Source: Longimicrobiales bacterium (GTDB lineage: Bacteria; Gemmatimonadota; Gemmatimonadetes; Longimicrobiales; Gaopeijiaceae). From it: 64,000 bases of DNA. Shown here piece after piece: positions 47,188-57,077 of the stretch (positions are counted from its first letter, which is position 1; each line of letters opens with the position of its first letter). The notes below the pieces were generated by a model. The model saw only the letters and a program-made list of their open reading frames with translations. It searched no databases and was not told where the DNA came from. The position numbers and the translations under genes were made by a program. The stretch covers positions 768,001 to 832,000 of the forward strand of contig JAWLHJ010000001.1 in NCBI GenBank assembly GCA_041690395.1, in the 5' to 3' direction.

Positions 47188-48560
47188 CCGCCCTCGCCCT
47201 TCTGCATGCGTTTCGCCTGGGCTTCGCTCCGGGCAACGAGATCCGCCATCTCGTCGCCGAAAAAGTTCTCGGGCCAGTTGGTGATGTTTCCGAACAGGTC
47301 CAGATCCAACTCGCTGATCCGTGCCTCTGAGCGGTCAGTGTGCACGAAGTACAGTGCGGCGTGATCGGGGCTCAAGGCCTTCTCGGCGATGCGACGTTGA
47401 AGACGCCGCAGGAAGTGCTCCGAGTGGCTCTCAATGATGAACTGGACGTTGCGATCCTGCCCATTCTCACGCGCGTGAATCGCATCGACGAAGACGTCTG
47501 CGAGATCCGATTGAACCTTGGGGTGCAGGTGAATTTCGGGCTGCTCCAGGATCACGATCGAGCCGGGCGGCGTCGCCAAGCACTCGACGATGACCGGCAG
47601 GACCTGACTCACTCCGAAGCCCACGTCGGTCAACTTGACCTGCGGCATTTTCGGGTGGGTCTGCAAGAGCACCTCGTGCTCCTTCCGGCCCTTCGCAATG
47701 GGCCGCACCTCGAAAGCATGGATGAGACCCATGGACTTGAGGCGCTGCGCTACAAGCTCTTCGAGAGATCGGAGCCGTTGTTTCGGCTTCCAGTTGAAGC
47801 GGCGGTCCTTGGCGGCGAGAATGGCCTCAATTGCTCGCTCGCCCCGCTGTCCGACGTGTTGATGTTGCTCCCCCGACCAGAGGTAGGTCCGACGCGGGTC
47901 CTCCCGGAGCGGGCCCACGTGATAGATCGACTTCATCAGCTCCTGAGCCTCGAGCGAGAGGTAGGCGAGGAACGCCGTGTTCTGGTAGTAGGCGATCGCT
48001 TCGTCCGGGAAGCCGTGGAAGTGGAACGGCTGTGGCAGAGGCCACGCGCGCCCGGGCTGCCGGACCTCTTTGTACCCCTTGGTAAAGAGGTCGTAGTTGG
48101 ATCCGGTGGGACGACGCCGCATCCCGGCGACGAGTTTTCGCTCGCCTTCGGTCAGGCGATACGAAAACTCCTGGACCGTTGGTTGCCGGTTCCTATCCGC
48201 TTCGATGGATACTTCAAACCTCATTTCCGAAGCCGAGAGCGAGTAGCTGGACAGGGAGTCGTCGATCTCGACAGGCGACGTGGCACGCCATCCGATTTCG
48301 ATCCCCAGCGTGCGTGTAAGATCATGCTGGAAGACGATGTCCTCATAGGTGCCGAGGTCGACGAGCGAGGACGCATCTCCCAGGTGCAGCACGCGTCTCC
48401 GATCCGGAGACTCGATGGTCTGGCGAAGCATCAGAAGGAGGTGCGGGATGCTCGTCTTCCCCGCGCTGTTGGTCCCAAAAAGGAGGGTGAGGGGCGCCAG
48501 CCGAATGTCGCCGGAGTCCTGCCACCCCTTGAAGTTTCTGATGCGCAGGTGATTGATCAT
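47184..48560 (-). CDS. ABC-type (AAA_15/AAA_21) ATPase with DUF3696-type C-terminus
   Basis: IRNFKG, GTNSAGKTS Walker A, GPLR, DVGFGVSQVLPV signature, LEQPEIHLHP, IESHSEH H-loop, NWPENFF. Confidence 0.9.
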   Translation of the reverse strand: MINHLRIRNFKGWQDSGDIRLAPLTLLFGTNSAGKTSIPHLLLMLRQTIESPDRRRVLHLGDASSLVDLGTYEDIVFQHDLTRTLGIEIGWRATSPVEIDDSLSSYSLSASEMRFEVSIEADRNRQPTVQEFSYRLTEGERKLVAGMRRRPTGSNYDLFTKGYKEVRQPGRAWPLPQPFHFHGFPDEAIAYYQNTAFLAYLSLEAQELMKSIYHVGPLREDPRRTYLWSGEQHQHVGQRGERAIEAILAAKDRRFNWKPKQRLRSLEELVAQRLKSMGLIHAFEVRPIAKGRKEHEVLLQTHPKMPQVKLTDVGFGVSQVLPVIVECLATPPGSIVILEQPEIHLHPKVQSDLADVFVDAIHARENGQDRNVQFIIESHSEHFLRRLQRRIAEKALSPDHAALYFVHTDRSEARISELDLDLFGNITNWPENFFGDEMADLVARSEAQAKRMQKGEGG

Positions 48561-51500
48561 TTCGTCTCCGGCGTGCCGCTATCGAAGAGGTGGGTTTGAG
48601 GTGACTCACTAACCTTCATTCCCTCTGGCGGTGTGACGGAGGGCGGTGCTCCAGCCGCGAGCGTCATTGCATGGCGCTCACACTCCGCCCAGCTTTCTTC
48701 AGGCGTCTGTGCCAGCTGCCAATCCAGGAACCGCTCTCCCATCCGACTCCTCACCGGTTGCGGGCTACGCGCACGTTCGTCGTACTGATCCACGTCCACG
48801 GTACGTGCGAGCCCCAGGTCCGCCAAGCAAAGCGTCTCCGGCAGCATCCAGCCGTCGCCGTCGTTCTGATCGCAGAAGGCCTGGATGCCGGCGTCGCGGT
48901 CACCGGTGCCGTCGATCATGGTCTGCAGATCGTCGAATGCGGCGAGGGAGAGGACGGTGTGTCTCAGCTCCGGGTCTTGAGCCTTGTGGACACGCCAGAA
49001 GCCCTTGGCGTCCAGTCGGCGGCAGAAGCCTTTGTCAGCCAACTTGGCCTGCCGGTGGTCGCAGTCTCTGAGAATCCACGAGACATCTTGACGGCCCAGA
49101 CCGTAAAGAACGGCTACGACGGCGTCTGACATGCATCGGAGGCGTAGACGTTCGTGTTGGGTGAGCGCGGCTCGACGCGATCGAGCGTGTCGGAGGATCG
49201 GACTCACCGGCGGGGTGGATCCAGCGAGTGTAGCTGCGATTTCAGCTCCTGCTCGACTCACCGGGAGAGGGGTCTCTTCGAGCACGAACCAGCTGATGTT
49301 CAAGCCTCCCAACCGGTGGCGGAGCGTCCAATCGTAGGCGAAAGAGCACAAATCCTGGACTAGATCAAGGGCCTCCACCTCGTTCCGAGGTGTGAGCGTG
49401 GCCAGCGAGTGATTCGCAGGCCAATCCGGAACGGTGGCACTCAGCATGGATCGGCGATTGGTCGCGGACCCGATGTTCATCATGATGGCCTTGAACGGTC
49501 GATGACCCGCGGTCGGCCCCGCGTCCTCCTCCCGCATCAAATACTGCGGCTCAATCCGCTTGTCCTCCCACGGAATCTCCCGCCACACCGCCCCTCGGCC
49601 TTTCCCGCTCACCCAGCCCTTCTCGCTGAAGTCGAACTGGCCGATCATCCGGCCCTCGTAGAGCGGCAGCAGCACCTCCCCGTCCTCATTCACCCACCGT
49701 CCGTAGATGTCCGGCCGGAACCCGTCCGCCTCGGCCTTGTCCCGTTGGATGAACAGCTTCGAGTCGCTCGTCATGTGGAACTCGGTGGCGTACTCGATGC
49801 CCCAACCGTCCGGGCCGTCATCGCCGAGCAACACGCTGTTGGCGTAGATGCGGGTCAGCACCTCGAGGTCGCGTTCGGACCGGATCTCGAGGATGCTCAG
49901 GCTCTTGGGGCTGAACGCCGTCACCCGCTCGGCGGGGTAGTCGAGGGCTCCTCGAGCTTCTGCCCAGTCCTCCAGGTCGTGGCGCATGAACGCCGCCCGA
50001 ATGGTGTCTGTCGCGCCGCCCTTCTCGGCCAAGACGACGCAGAACTTGAAGCGGCTGTCGATGTCAAAGACCTTCTTCCGGTTCTCGAAGCCGTAGATCC
50101 AGCGCCACCGGCAGCGGAGTAGGAGGAGTCTCCTCAGGTCTCCGGTGCCCTTGTCGGTGTAGAGTCCGCTGGGGACGATGAGCCCGAGCTGCCCCCCTTT
50201 CCGCAGGAGCGCCTGACCGACCTCGACGAACATCTTGTAGGTGTTGAGGTCTGCTGATCCCTGGTGCCGGAACGGGTGCTCGGGGTCGCTGAGTCCCTTG
50301 TAGCGAGCTCGTTTGCGGCGCCATCCCTCGTGGAGCGCCGCTCCCTTCTTGCCGCGCACCAGGCTCACGTCCGAGCCGTCGTGGCCCGCGACCTTTGCAT
50401 CGCCGAAGGGCTCTGCGGCGCAGCGGACGAAGTTGCCCCGGTCCTTGAACGATCCGAGATACTCGAGCCACTCATCCTCGATATCAGGATGCGCGTCGAA
50501 AAGCGCCTTCTGAACCCGGAGCCCCTCCTGCTTCCCGTATGCGCGGTAGAGCGGGTCGTGGTTGCTGAAAAATTCTTTGCTGTTCGGCTTCTGAATTTCC
50601 CAAGGCGGGTTCCCGACGACCGCGTCGAACCCAGCGCCCTCTCTGGTGAAGACGTCCGGGAACTCCAGCTCCCAATGGAAGAAGCGTCTCTCGTCTGCGA
50701 CCCTCCGTACGACCGACCGGGCCGCGTCGCTCGGAGTGTGCAGCTCCCGCGGTAGGGGAAGCGCGTCGAGCTCGTCTAGCGGCCAGAACCAGAGTGCGCA
50801 CCAGGTGTCGAAGGCGCCGCGGACCTTCGCGAGGGAGGCTTCGGTCTGGATCTTCTCTCGCCAGATGCGGGCCCGCTCGTCGGGCCGACCCACCGGCACC
50901 GCGTGGAGCTCACGGTAGAGCCGCCGGACCCGATCCACCGCGGCCTTCAGCTCCTCGTCGGTGGCCACCGAGCCTTCGAGACGAAGCTGCCCCCGCAGGA
51001 TCTCGACCTGCTGCTCGATGGCCTTCTTGCGTATCTCCTTCAGCGCCTTGTGCCAGACGTCGCCCTCATGGTTCACGCCCTTGTACTTCCAGTCCGGGCT
51101 CTGGCGATCGAAGCAGAGCAGGGGGTAGTCCCGGAACCGGTCAAGCCAGGTGCCCACCAGCGAGTCGCCGGAGCGAAGCTTGTGGTCGAGAAAGGTGAAC
51201 GGGAGGCTCCGGTCGAGCGTTTCCACCCAGAGGGCCACGCGCGCGAGCTCCACAGCAAGCGGATCCAGGTCCACGCCGTAGACGCAGTGTTCGACCACAG
51301 CGCGCCGGACGATGGCCTCGAGCCGTTCCTCGAAGCCCTCGGTGGGGAGCGTGCGGTCCGCCTCCGGGATGAGCTCGCAGTGCACCGTCGTGCGTCCGTT
51401 CACTCGCTGGATGCGGTCGTGGTCGTGAAGGGACTCGACCACGGCGGCGGTGAGGATCCGGAGCACCGCCACCAGGAACGAACCCGAGCCCATGGCCGGG

Positions 51501-53371
51501 TCGCACACGTTGAGTGAGAGGAGTGCCTCAGGCGGCCTGACGGCGCCTTCGTGCTCCCCTTCCGTCTCGCGGAGGAGCGGAGCGAGGGTGCGCCGGACCG
51601 TTGGCAGGGTGAGTTGAGGGCGCGTATAGAACGTACCCGCGCCCTTCCGTGTCCCGCCCCAGCGAACCAGGTACAGCTCGCCGGGCAGCTTCAGGTCCGC
51701 CACGAGCTGATCCGCCGCGGCGTCGAGGTCCGCTTCGTAGGCAGCTTTTGCGTCTGCCTTCTGGCTCCTCGGCTTCCGAACGAGCTTGCCCACGATGGCG
51801 GCTCGGCGTCCCCAGGCCCTCGCGCGAGCTCGGGCTTCGGCCCTCAGGTCGTCCTGAGGCTCCTCGTCGTTGTCCGGGCTGGTATCGGCTTCCGCCTCGT
51901 CGTCCTCATCGCTGTTCTCGTCGTCCTCGAGTTCCGAGGCATCTTCCGCGTCCTCGTCCTCGTCCTCAGCGTCCTCGTCGCCGCTCGACACGGACTTCTT
52001 GACCTTGGCCTTCTCGACCAGCGCGGCGAGCCCCTTGTCGTCCATGTGCTCCAGGCGATCCAGGGGGAGGGCAGGCTGGTCTCCCAGGTTCAGGAACACC
52101 ACCGGCTCCTCGCCGGCTCGGTGCAGCTCGTAGTCCAGCAGGCCCTCGTAGAGAATGCCGATGTACTCGCTCGTCAGCTCTGTGAAGTCCACAGGCGCGG
52201 CTACGATCCGGGCTCCCGATCCTTCTCTGATCCTCTGCGTCGTGCGCGTGAGCAGCACCATCATCCGATGCACAACGTCGTCATCCGGGGGGCTCTCCAG
52301 GCGCTCGAGAAGGGCGAGAGCGCGTTGGACCCCGTCGCCTTCCGACTCGCCGGGGCGGAAGAGGTCTCCGCCGTATGTCGGCAGCGTGACCGCGGGATGA
52401 GGGGAGCCCTCATGAAGCAAACGGAAGAGCGCGAGCAGCCGGGGCCAGGCCATTTGGCGGGCACGGCGGCGCTCCGGCGTCATCCGGTCGAGCTGGTCCA
52501 GGAGCCCCCGCAGTCCGTACGCCTGGTGGTAGACGGGATTCTCGGTGGGGAGGAGCTCCCGGGCCTCGGCGAAGAGAATCACCACGAAGCGCATCACGAA
52601 GTGACAGGCGGCGACGTAGACATCGGAGCCTTCGTGCTCGTCCCAGGCCGGGCCGACCAGTGACGCGCGGCTCCGAAGGAGCGTCTCGACAGCGCGCCTG
52701 ACCCGCTCGCCGAGCTCCTTCGAGAGACGGGCCTGCCCCCGCCGGGTGTCCCGGATGGCGGTGAGGAGGGGGCTGAGATCTCCCTCGCGCCGCAAGAGGC
52801 TCGTCCGCGAGAGCACACGGCGTAGCACCAGGAATTCGTCGGTGAGGCGGTCGCCCAGTAGCCACCGGTCCGCCTCCCACTCGACCCACGCGACGCTATC
52901 CATGTCGGCCCAGATCAAGCGCCACTGGATGCCGTTGGTGAGAAGGGCGATGGGGAGATCCCGCCGACGCAGGTATTCGACCACGTGGGCAGCTGGACGC
53001 CGGCCGCGGCCCACTCCGATGCGCTTGGCCCGGGTGCTGAAGACGGGCAGCGCCTCTCCACCAGGCCCGGTCCAGCGGCGACGCGGCTTGAGCAAGGTCC
53101 CGTCCAGCAGCCGCTCGCCGTCCACAGCACCGAGCGCCGTGCCCTTCTCCCAACCGGCCTCGAGTTCGCAAGCGTCTTCGAGCACCACGTCGAGTAGGGC
53201 TGCGGTGCTCTCGGTGTCGCCGGGGTCGCCGTTCAGCTCGACGAGCGCGGTACGTAGATGATCGGCGAGGTTCCAGCGGGCCGCCGGCGGCTCTGGAAGG
53301 CTCTCGAGCGCTGCCGACGAGAGCAGATTTCCGCCATGTCGCAGGGCGGCCCAGCCGTCGTGGAGGCTCAC
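48557..53371 (-). CDS. Large N6-adenine DNA methyltransferase (DISARM DrmMI/Eco57I-like)
   Basis: GILYEGLL, GTFYTRP, DPAMGSGSFL motif I, YGVDLDP, FHWELEFP, VVGNPPW motif IV. Confidence 0.92.
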   Translation of the reverse strand: MSLHDGWAALRHGGNLLSSAALESLPEPPAARWNLADHLRTALVELNGDPGDTESTAALLDVVLEDACELEAGWEKGTALGAVDGERLLDGTLLKPRRRWTGPGGEALPVFSTRAKRIGVGRGRRPAAHVVEYLRRRDLPIALLTNGIQWRLIWADMDSVAWVEWEADRWLLGDRLTDEFLVLRRVLSRTSLLRREGDLSPLLTAIRDTRRGQARLSKELGERVRRAVETLLRSRASLVGPAWDEHEGSDVYVAACHFVMRFVVILFAEARELLPTENPVYHQAYGLRGLLDQLDRMTPERRRARQMAWPRLLALFRLLHEGSPHPAVTLPTYGGDLFRPGESEGDGVQRALALLERLESPPDDDVVHRMMVLLTRTTQRIREGSGARIVAAPVDFTELTSEYIGILYEGLLDYELHRAGEEPVVFLNLGDQPALPLDRLEHMDDKGLAALVEKAKVKKSVSSGDEDAEDEDEDAEDASELEDDENSDEDDEAEADTSPDNDEEPQDDLRAEARARARAWGRRAAIVGKLVRKPRSQKADAKAAYEADLDAAADQLVADLKLPGELYLVRWGGTRKGAGTFYTRPQLTLPTVRRTLAPLLRETEGEHEGAVRPPEALLSLNVCDPAMGSGSFLVAVLRILTAAVVESLHDHDRIQRVNGRTTVHCELIPEADRTLPTEGFEERLEAIVRRAVVEHCVYGVDLDPLAVELARVALWVETLDRSLPFTFLDHKLRSGDSLVGTWLDRFRDYPLLCFDRQSPDWKYKGVNHEGDVWHKALKEIRKKAIEQQVEILRGQLRLEGSVATDEELKAAVDRVRRLYRELHAVPVGRPDERARIWREKIQTEASLAKVRGAFDTWCALWFWPLDELDALPLPRELHTPSDAARSVVRRVADERRFFHWELEFPDVFTREGAGFDAVVGNPPWEIQKPNSKEFFSNHDPLYRAYGKQEGLRVQKALFDAHPDIEDEWLEYLGSFKDRGNFVRCAAEPFGDAKVAGHDGSDVSLVRGKKGAALHEGWRRKRARYKGLSDPEHPFRHQGSADLNTYKMFVEVGQALLRKGGQLGLIVPSGLYTDKGTGDLRRLLLLRCRWRWIYGFENRKKVFDIDSRFKFCVVLAEKGGATDTIRAAFMRHDLEDWAEARGALDYPAERVTAFSPKSLSILEIRSERDLEVLTRIYANSVLLGDDGPDGWGIEYATEFHMTSDSKLFIQRDKAEADGFRPDIYGRWVNEDGEVLLPLYEGRMIGQFDFSEKGWVSGKGRGAVWREIPWEDKRIEPQYLMREEDAGPTAGHRPFKAIMMNIGSATNRRSMLSATVPDWPANHSLATLTPRNEVEALDLVQDLCSFAYDWTLRHRLGGLNISWFVLEETPLPVSRAGAEIAATLAGSTPPVSPILRHARSRRAALTQHERLRLRCMSDAVVAVLYGLGRQDVSWILRDCDHRQAKLADKGFCRRLDAKGFWRVHKAQDPELRHTVLSLAAFDDLQTMIDGTGDRDAGIQAFCDQNDGDGWMLPETLCLADLGLARTVDVDQYDERARSPQPVRSRMGERFLDWQLAQTPEESWAECERHAMTLAAGAPPSVTPPEGMKVSESPQTHLFDSGTPETK

Positions 53372-56300
53372 GCGGACCCGCCTACCGGAAGGCGGACCTC
53401 GACGGCGATCGCGTAGACCCGAGCTTCTCCCCGGAGCGCATATCGTTGGGGCAGGATCTCTTTCAGCGTGCGTTCCGCCTCCGCGGCGAGCCGATCCTGC
53501 ACCAGCTCGTAGTGACCCCGGCGAAGGCCGAGCTCGGCATCCAGGTCCGCCAGGCGCTTCTGGGTCTCCTCATCGATCTCGGAGAACAGCGTCATCTGCT
53601 GCGCCTTCACACGGAGCTTTTCGGCCTCCTTCTGGATCTTCGCGAGCTGGTTCTCGCCGATGGCTCGTTGCAGCTCCCTTCTGCGCTGATCGAAGCGCTT
53701 CTTCTCCTGCTCTCTCACGGCCTTGCCGGCTGTCTCCATCCGCTCGGAGAGGAAAGCGGTGAGGTCGACCTGGAGCGTCCGTAGCTGTTCTTTGACCTCC
53801 TGCTCGACATCGTCCCACACGTCGCGCGCCGCAGAGAGGTCGCCGTTCTTCGTGGGCGCCCCTAAATGTGCGGCCGGCTGGTGTGGCAGCGCCTCGCCGA
53901 GTCCGTCCCCGTGGACCGGGAACGCAAGCGTCCGGACCCAGTGGTGGCACGGCTCCCTGAGCTGGTTCACCGCCAGCTCCTCCACGGTGAGGAGGATCGA
54001 GGCGCGGGCGTCCGCGGGCACGTCGCCCACCCGCGCGGTCCACCGCGTGGCCGCGCTCGGGCCACCGGGGAAACGGTAGCGCGCGAACGTCCCCATCACC
54101 CGGTGATAGAGCTCGTCACCGAGGTGGAGGAGCCGCGAGTCGGGCTCCGGGATGTAGACCGGGCGTCCGTTGCGCGGCTTGAGGTAGTGTGCCGGGTCGA
54201 ACACCAGCGCCAGCAGTGGACCCGCCGGACCGCCTTCGCGAAGCGTGTGGTCCACGAGTTCCTGCCATAGCGCGGGGATCGGGTGGACCAGGCGCTCCCG
54301 TCCGAATTTGTCTGTCTGCAGCCGTGGGCGTCCGGCCTCGATCGCCATGGCGGTCTCGAGCGTCTCCCGGAGCGTGTCCGGGGAGAGGTCCAGTTCCTCC
54401 TTCAGGCGCTCGAGCTGGGTCAGGTCTTCCGAGCCGGGCAAGGGCTCGCCGTCCGGCAGGTCGTCGGTAATGTCCGCATTGGCCGCACGCGCGAATCCGA
54501 TGACGCGCTCCAGCCGCTCCTCGCTTGCTGCCGCGTCCTCCACCTCGTCGAAGTGCGCGAGGATCGCGTCGGCGAAGATCTCGTCGGTGACGACCCGGTC
54601 CTCGCGGGTCTGGCTTCGCTTCGCCAGAACGCGCCCGAGGAAGCGCATCGAAGCGTCGTCCGTGCTATCGAAATGGAAGATTTGGACGTCGCGCTCCTGA
54701 CCATGACGGTCGAGGCGGCCGTTCCGCTGCTCCATACGCGCGGGGTTCCAGGGGATGTCCCAGTGCAGGAGATAGCGCGCAGCCCTCTGCAGGTTGAGGC
54801 CCTCGCCGGCCGCGTCGGTAGCGAGCAGGACGCGCGCCGGGCTTCGCGGATCATTGAAATCACGCTTCACCGCGTCCCGCTCCTGGTCGTTCATTCCCCC
54901 GTAGAATGCGAGCAACCATTCGCCTGAGCCGAAGCGCTTCTCCAAGCGGGCCCGGAGGTACTCCAGCGACGCCATGTACTCCGTGAAGACGACAAGGCGT
55001 TCGTCGGGCTTCCAGGCATCCTGCCCCCGCAGCTTCTCCTCGATGAGCGTCTCGAGTGTTCGGAGGCGGGCGTCGGCCTGGACCTTCGGGGCTCGCGACG
55101 CGACCTCGCCTGCGTGGCTGCTCGGGTCCAGGCCAGGCGGTACAAGCGTGACTCCCAGGGCGGTGAGGTGCCGGCTGACCTCATCGATCTCCGTGGCCAC
55201 GTCTTCGCGCCACCGGCGCAACCAGGCACCGACGGTGCGGTCGGCGTGGCGCTGGCGGCTCTCTCGCTCGTTGTCGTCCTCAGTGTCGTCAGCCTGCGCG
55301 TTTCGTGCCTTCACGACGGTACTGGCCGTGGCCGGACTGTCCTTCAAATCGAGCCCGCCCAGCAGGGTCAGCCAACTCTGTCCGAATGCCCACGGACCCG
55401 AGAGCAGGCGCTTCTGGAGGACCTCGGTCGCGAAGTTGGCGGCGGTACGGTCTTGGTGGTCGGCCTCCCGGATCGCGTTCCGGAGGGCCTTCCGGAAGTC
55501 GCGGACCGCGAGCTGGAGGGCTCGTTCCTGGGCTCCGAACCGGAGCGGCGGGAGCGCCTCTACATGCCGCTCCGAGAACCGGGCAGGCTCCCCCAGCGCC
55601 ACGTAGCAGTCGTTGATCTCGCTCTTCAGGCGACGGACCACCGTTCCGCTGACCCGCTCCCGATCCTCGGCGTCCAGCTCCGACTTGCGGGTGAACCGGA
55701 CGGGGTCAAGGGCTTCCAGGAGTCCGGAAAAAGAGCGGGTATGTCCGTTGTGCGGAGTCGCTGTCAGGAAGACCCGGTGCTCGAACCACGGCGAGATCCG
55801 CTGGAGCATCTGAGATAGATCGGAATCGGACCCGAAGCTGGCTGGGGCCAGGTTGTGGGCCTCGTCGACGATCAGCAGATCCCAGCGTAGTCGTCCGCCC
55901 TCGCCTGGCTCTGCCGTGCTCCTGAACTGCTCGAGCACGTCCGGCTGCTTCAGGTAGTGGTAGCTTGCGATGATCCGCTCGTGGGTGCGCCACGGATTGG
56001 CATCCACTCCGATTTCGCGTTGCAGCTTCAGAGTGCGGGGCCGGTCCACCATCTCGAAAGGCAGCGCGAACTTCTCCTGCATCTCGTCACGCCACTGGGT
56101 GCGGAGCGACGCCGGACATAACACCAGAACCCGGCGGATTCGCCGCCGGAGCATCAGCTCGCGGAGGACCATTCCCGCCTGAATCGTCTTTCCCAGCCCG
56201 ACGGCGTCCGCGAGCATGAGGGCCACGCGCGGCATCTCCAGGGCACGGAGCACCGGTACCAGCTGATACGCCTCCGGATGAATGGCGCCGTAGAGAGGCG

Positions 56301-56637
56301 CGGCCAGCGGCGGCCGATCTTCGTCGAGGCCGGAGAAGGGAAGGGATGGTGTGAGCGCCGACCACCGTGAGGCTCGGACCATCGCGTCGAACTCACGGAG
56401 GTCCATGGGCGGTGTGCTTCCGACGAGCGGTAGAGCCGCTGGTTCCAGCAGGTCCGTGCCCGGCTCGACCTCCCACAACACCTGGTCCGTCTCGACTCCG
56501 GTGCCGTCCGTGTACTCGACGTCGACGAGGTGGTAGCGGCCGTGCTCGTCGGCATCGAACGGGTGCACGCCCGCGATCATCGCCCGCCGGTTGCGGACGA
56601 CCGCCATCATGCCTTCGCGGGGAGTGGGGTGGGTCAT
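53368..56637 (-). CDS. drmD: DISARM-type SNF2 helicase DrmD
   Basis: AVVRNRR..VLWEVEP N-terminus, YQLVPV, LADAVGLGKTIQAG, IVDEAHN, TATPHNG, ATDAAGEGLNLQ, WNPARMEQRNGRLDRHGQ. Confidence 0.88.
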   Translation of the reverse strand: MTHPTPREGMMAVVRNRRAMIAGVHPFDADEHGRYHLVDVEYTDGTGVETDQVLWEVEPGTDLLEPAALPLVGSTPPMDLREFDAMVRASRWSALTPSLPFSGLDEDRPPLAAPLYGAIHPEAYQLVPVLRALEMPRVALMLADAVGLGKTIQAGMVLRELMLRRRIRRVLVLCPASLRTQWRDEMQEKFALPFEMVDRPRTLKLQREIGVDANPWRTHERIIASYHYLKQPDVLEQFRSTAEPGEGGRLRWDLLIVDEAHNLAPASFGSDSDLSQMLQRISPWFEHRVFLTATPHNGHTRSFSGLLEALDPVRFTRKSELDAEDRERVSGTVVRRLKSEINDCYVALGEPARFSERHVEALPPLRFGAQERALQLAVRDFRKALRNAIREADHQDRTAANFATEVLQKRLLSGPWAFGQSWLTLLGGLDLKDSPATASTVVKARNAQADDTEDDNERESRQRHADRTVGAWLRRWREDVATEIDEVSRHLTALGVTLVPPGLDPSSHAGEVASRAPKVQADARLRTLETLIEEKLRGQDAWKPDERLVVFTEYMASLEYLRARLEKRFGSGEWLLAFYGGMNDQERDAVKRDFNDPRSPARVLLATDAAGEGLNLQRAARYLLHWDIPWNPARMEQRNGRLDRHGQERDVQIFHFDSTDDASMRFLGRVLAKRSQTREDRVVTDEIFADAILAHFDEVEDAAASEERLERVIGFARAANADITDDLPDGEPLPGSEDLTQLERLKEELDLSPDTLRETLETAMAIEAGRPRLQTDKFGRERLVHPIPALWQELVDHTLREGGPAGPLLALVFDPAHYLKPRNGRPVYIPEPDSRLLHLGDELYHRVMGTFARYRFPGGPSAATRWTARVGDVPADARASILLTVEELAVNQLREPCHHWVRTLAFPVHGDGLGEALPHQPAAHLGAPTKNGDLSAARDVWDDVEQEVKEQLRTLQVDLTAFLSERMETAGKAVREQEKKRFDQRRRELQRAIGENQLAKIQKEAEKLRVKAQQMTLFSEIDEETQKRLADLDAELGLRRGHYELVQDRLAAEAERTLKEILPQRYALRGEARVYAIAVEVRLPVGGSA

Positions 56638-56691
56638 GGGAGGGGTTGGGGATCGCGGGGCGTCACGGGAGCCGATGCCCTCAAGGATGGG

Positions 56692-56946
56692 TTACTCTGC
56701 CGGCTCCCAAGAGAACGCGGCTACCCGGTGGTCCGTGTTCCACCCGACCCGGAGGGTGCCGTAGGTGGTCGTGTCCGAGTGATCGAGCCTGATCGACACT
56801 TCGGTGCCCGCCACCTGAACCCTGGAGAACGTCTCTCCATGCATCGAGGCTTCGTACCAATGAAATTCTGCAATGTCTGCCGGTGCGCCCATCCTTTGGA
56901 TAGCCACGACAGCAGCATCGTGCTTAGTCATCGTCTTGTCGGTCAT
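56692..56946 (-). CDS. Small hypothetical protein
   Basis: GGGAGG SD + ATG, 84 aa, co-oriented 54 bp upstream of drmD. Confidence 0.6.
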   Translation of the reverse strand: MTDKTMTKHDAAVVAIQRMGAPADIAEFHWYEASMHGETFSRVQVAGTEVSIRLDHSDTTTYGTLRVGWNTDHRVAAFSWEPAE

Positions 56947-57077
56947 GCGGCCTCCCTAAAAGCGACTCTTGCCCAGGGTGAGAAAGTGGCTGCGCATGGA
57001 ATCCGCGCAAGCGCGCCTCGTCTTCGAAGGTGCGTTCTTCAACTGGGTTGGAGTGAGCCGCTTTGATAGTATGGAAC

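Noticed and set aside
47184..48560. Assigning the ATPase to PARIS, Septu or a retron system
   Set aside because: The partner is PIN-like rather than TOPRIM/DUF4435 or HNH, and no reverse transcriptase is present.
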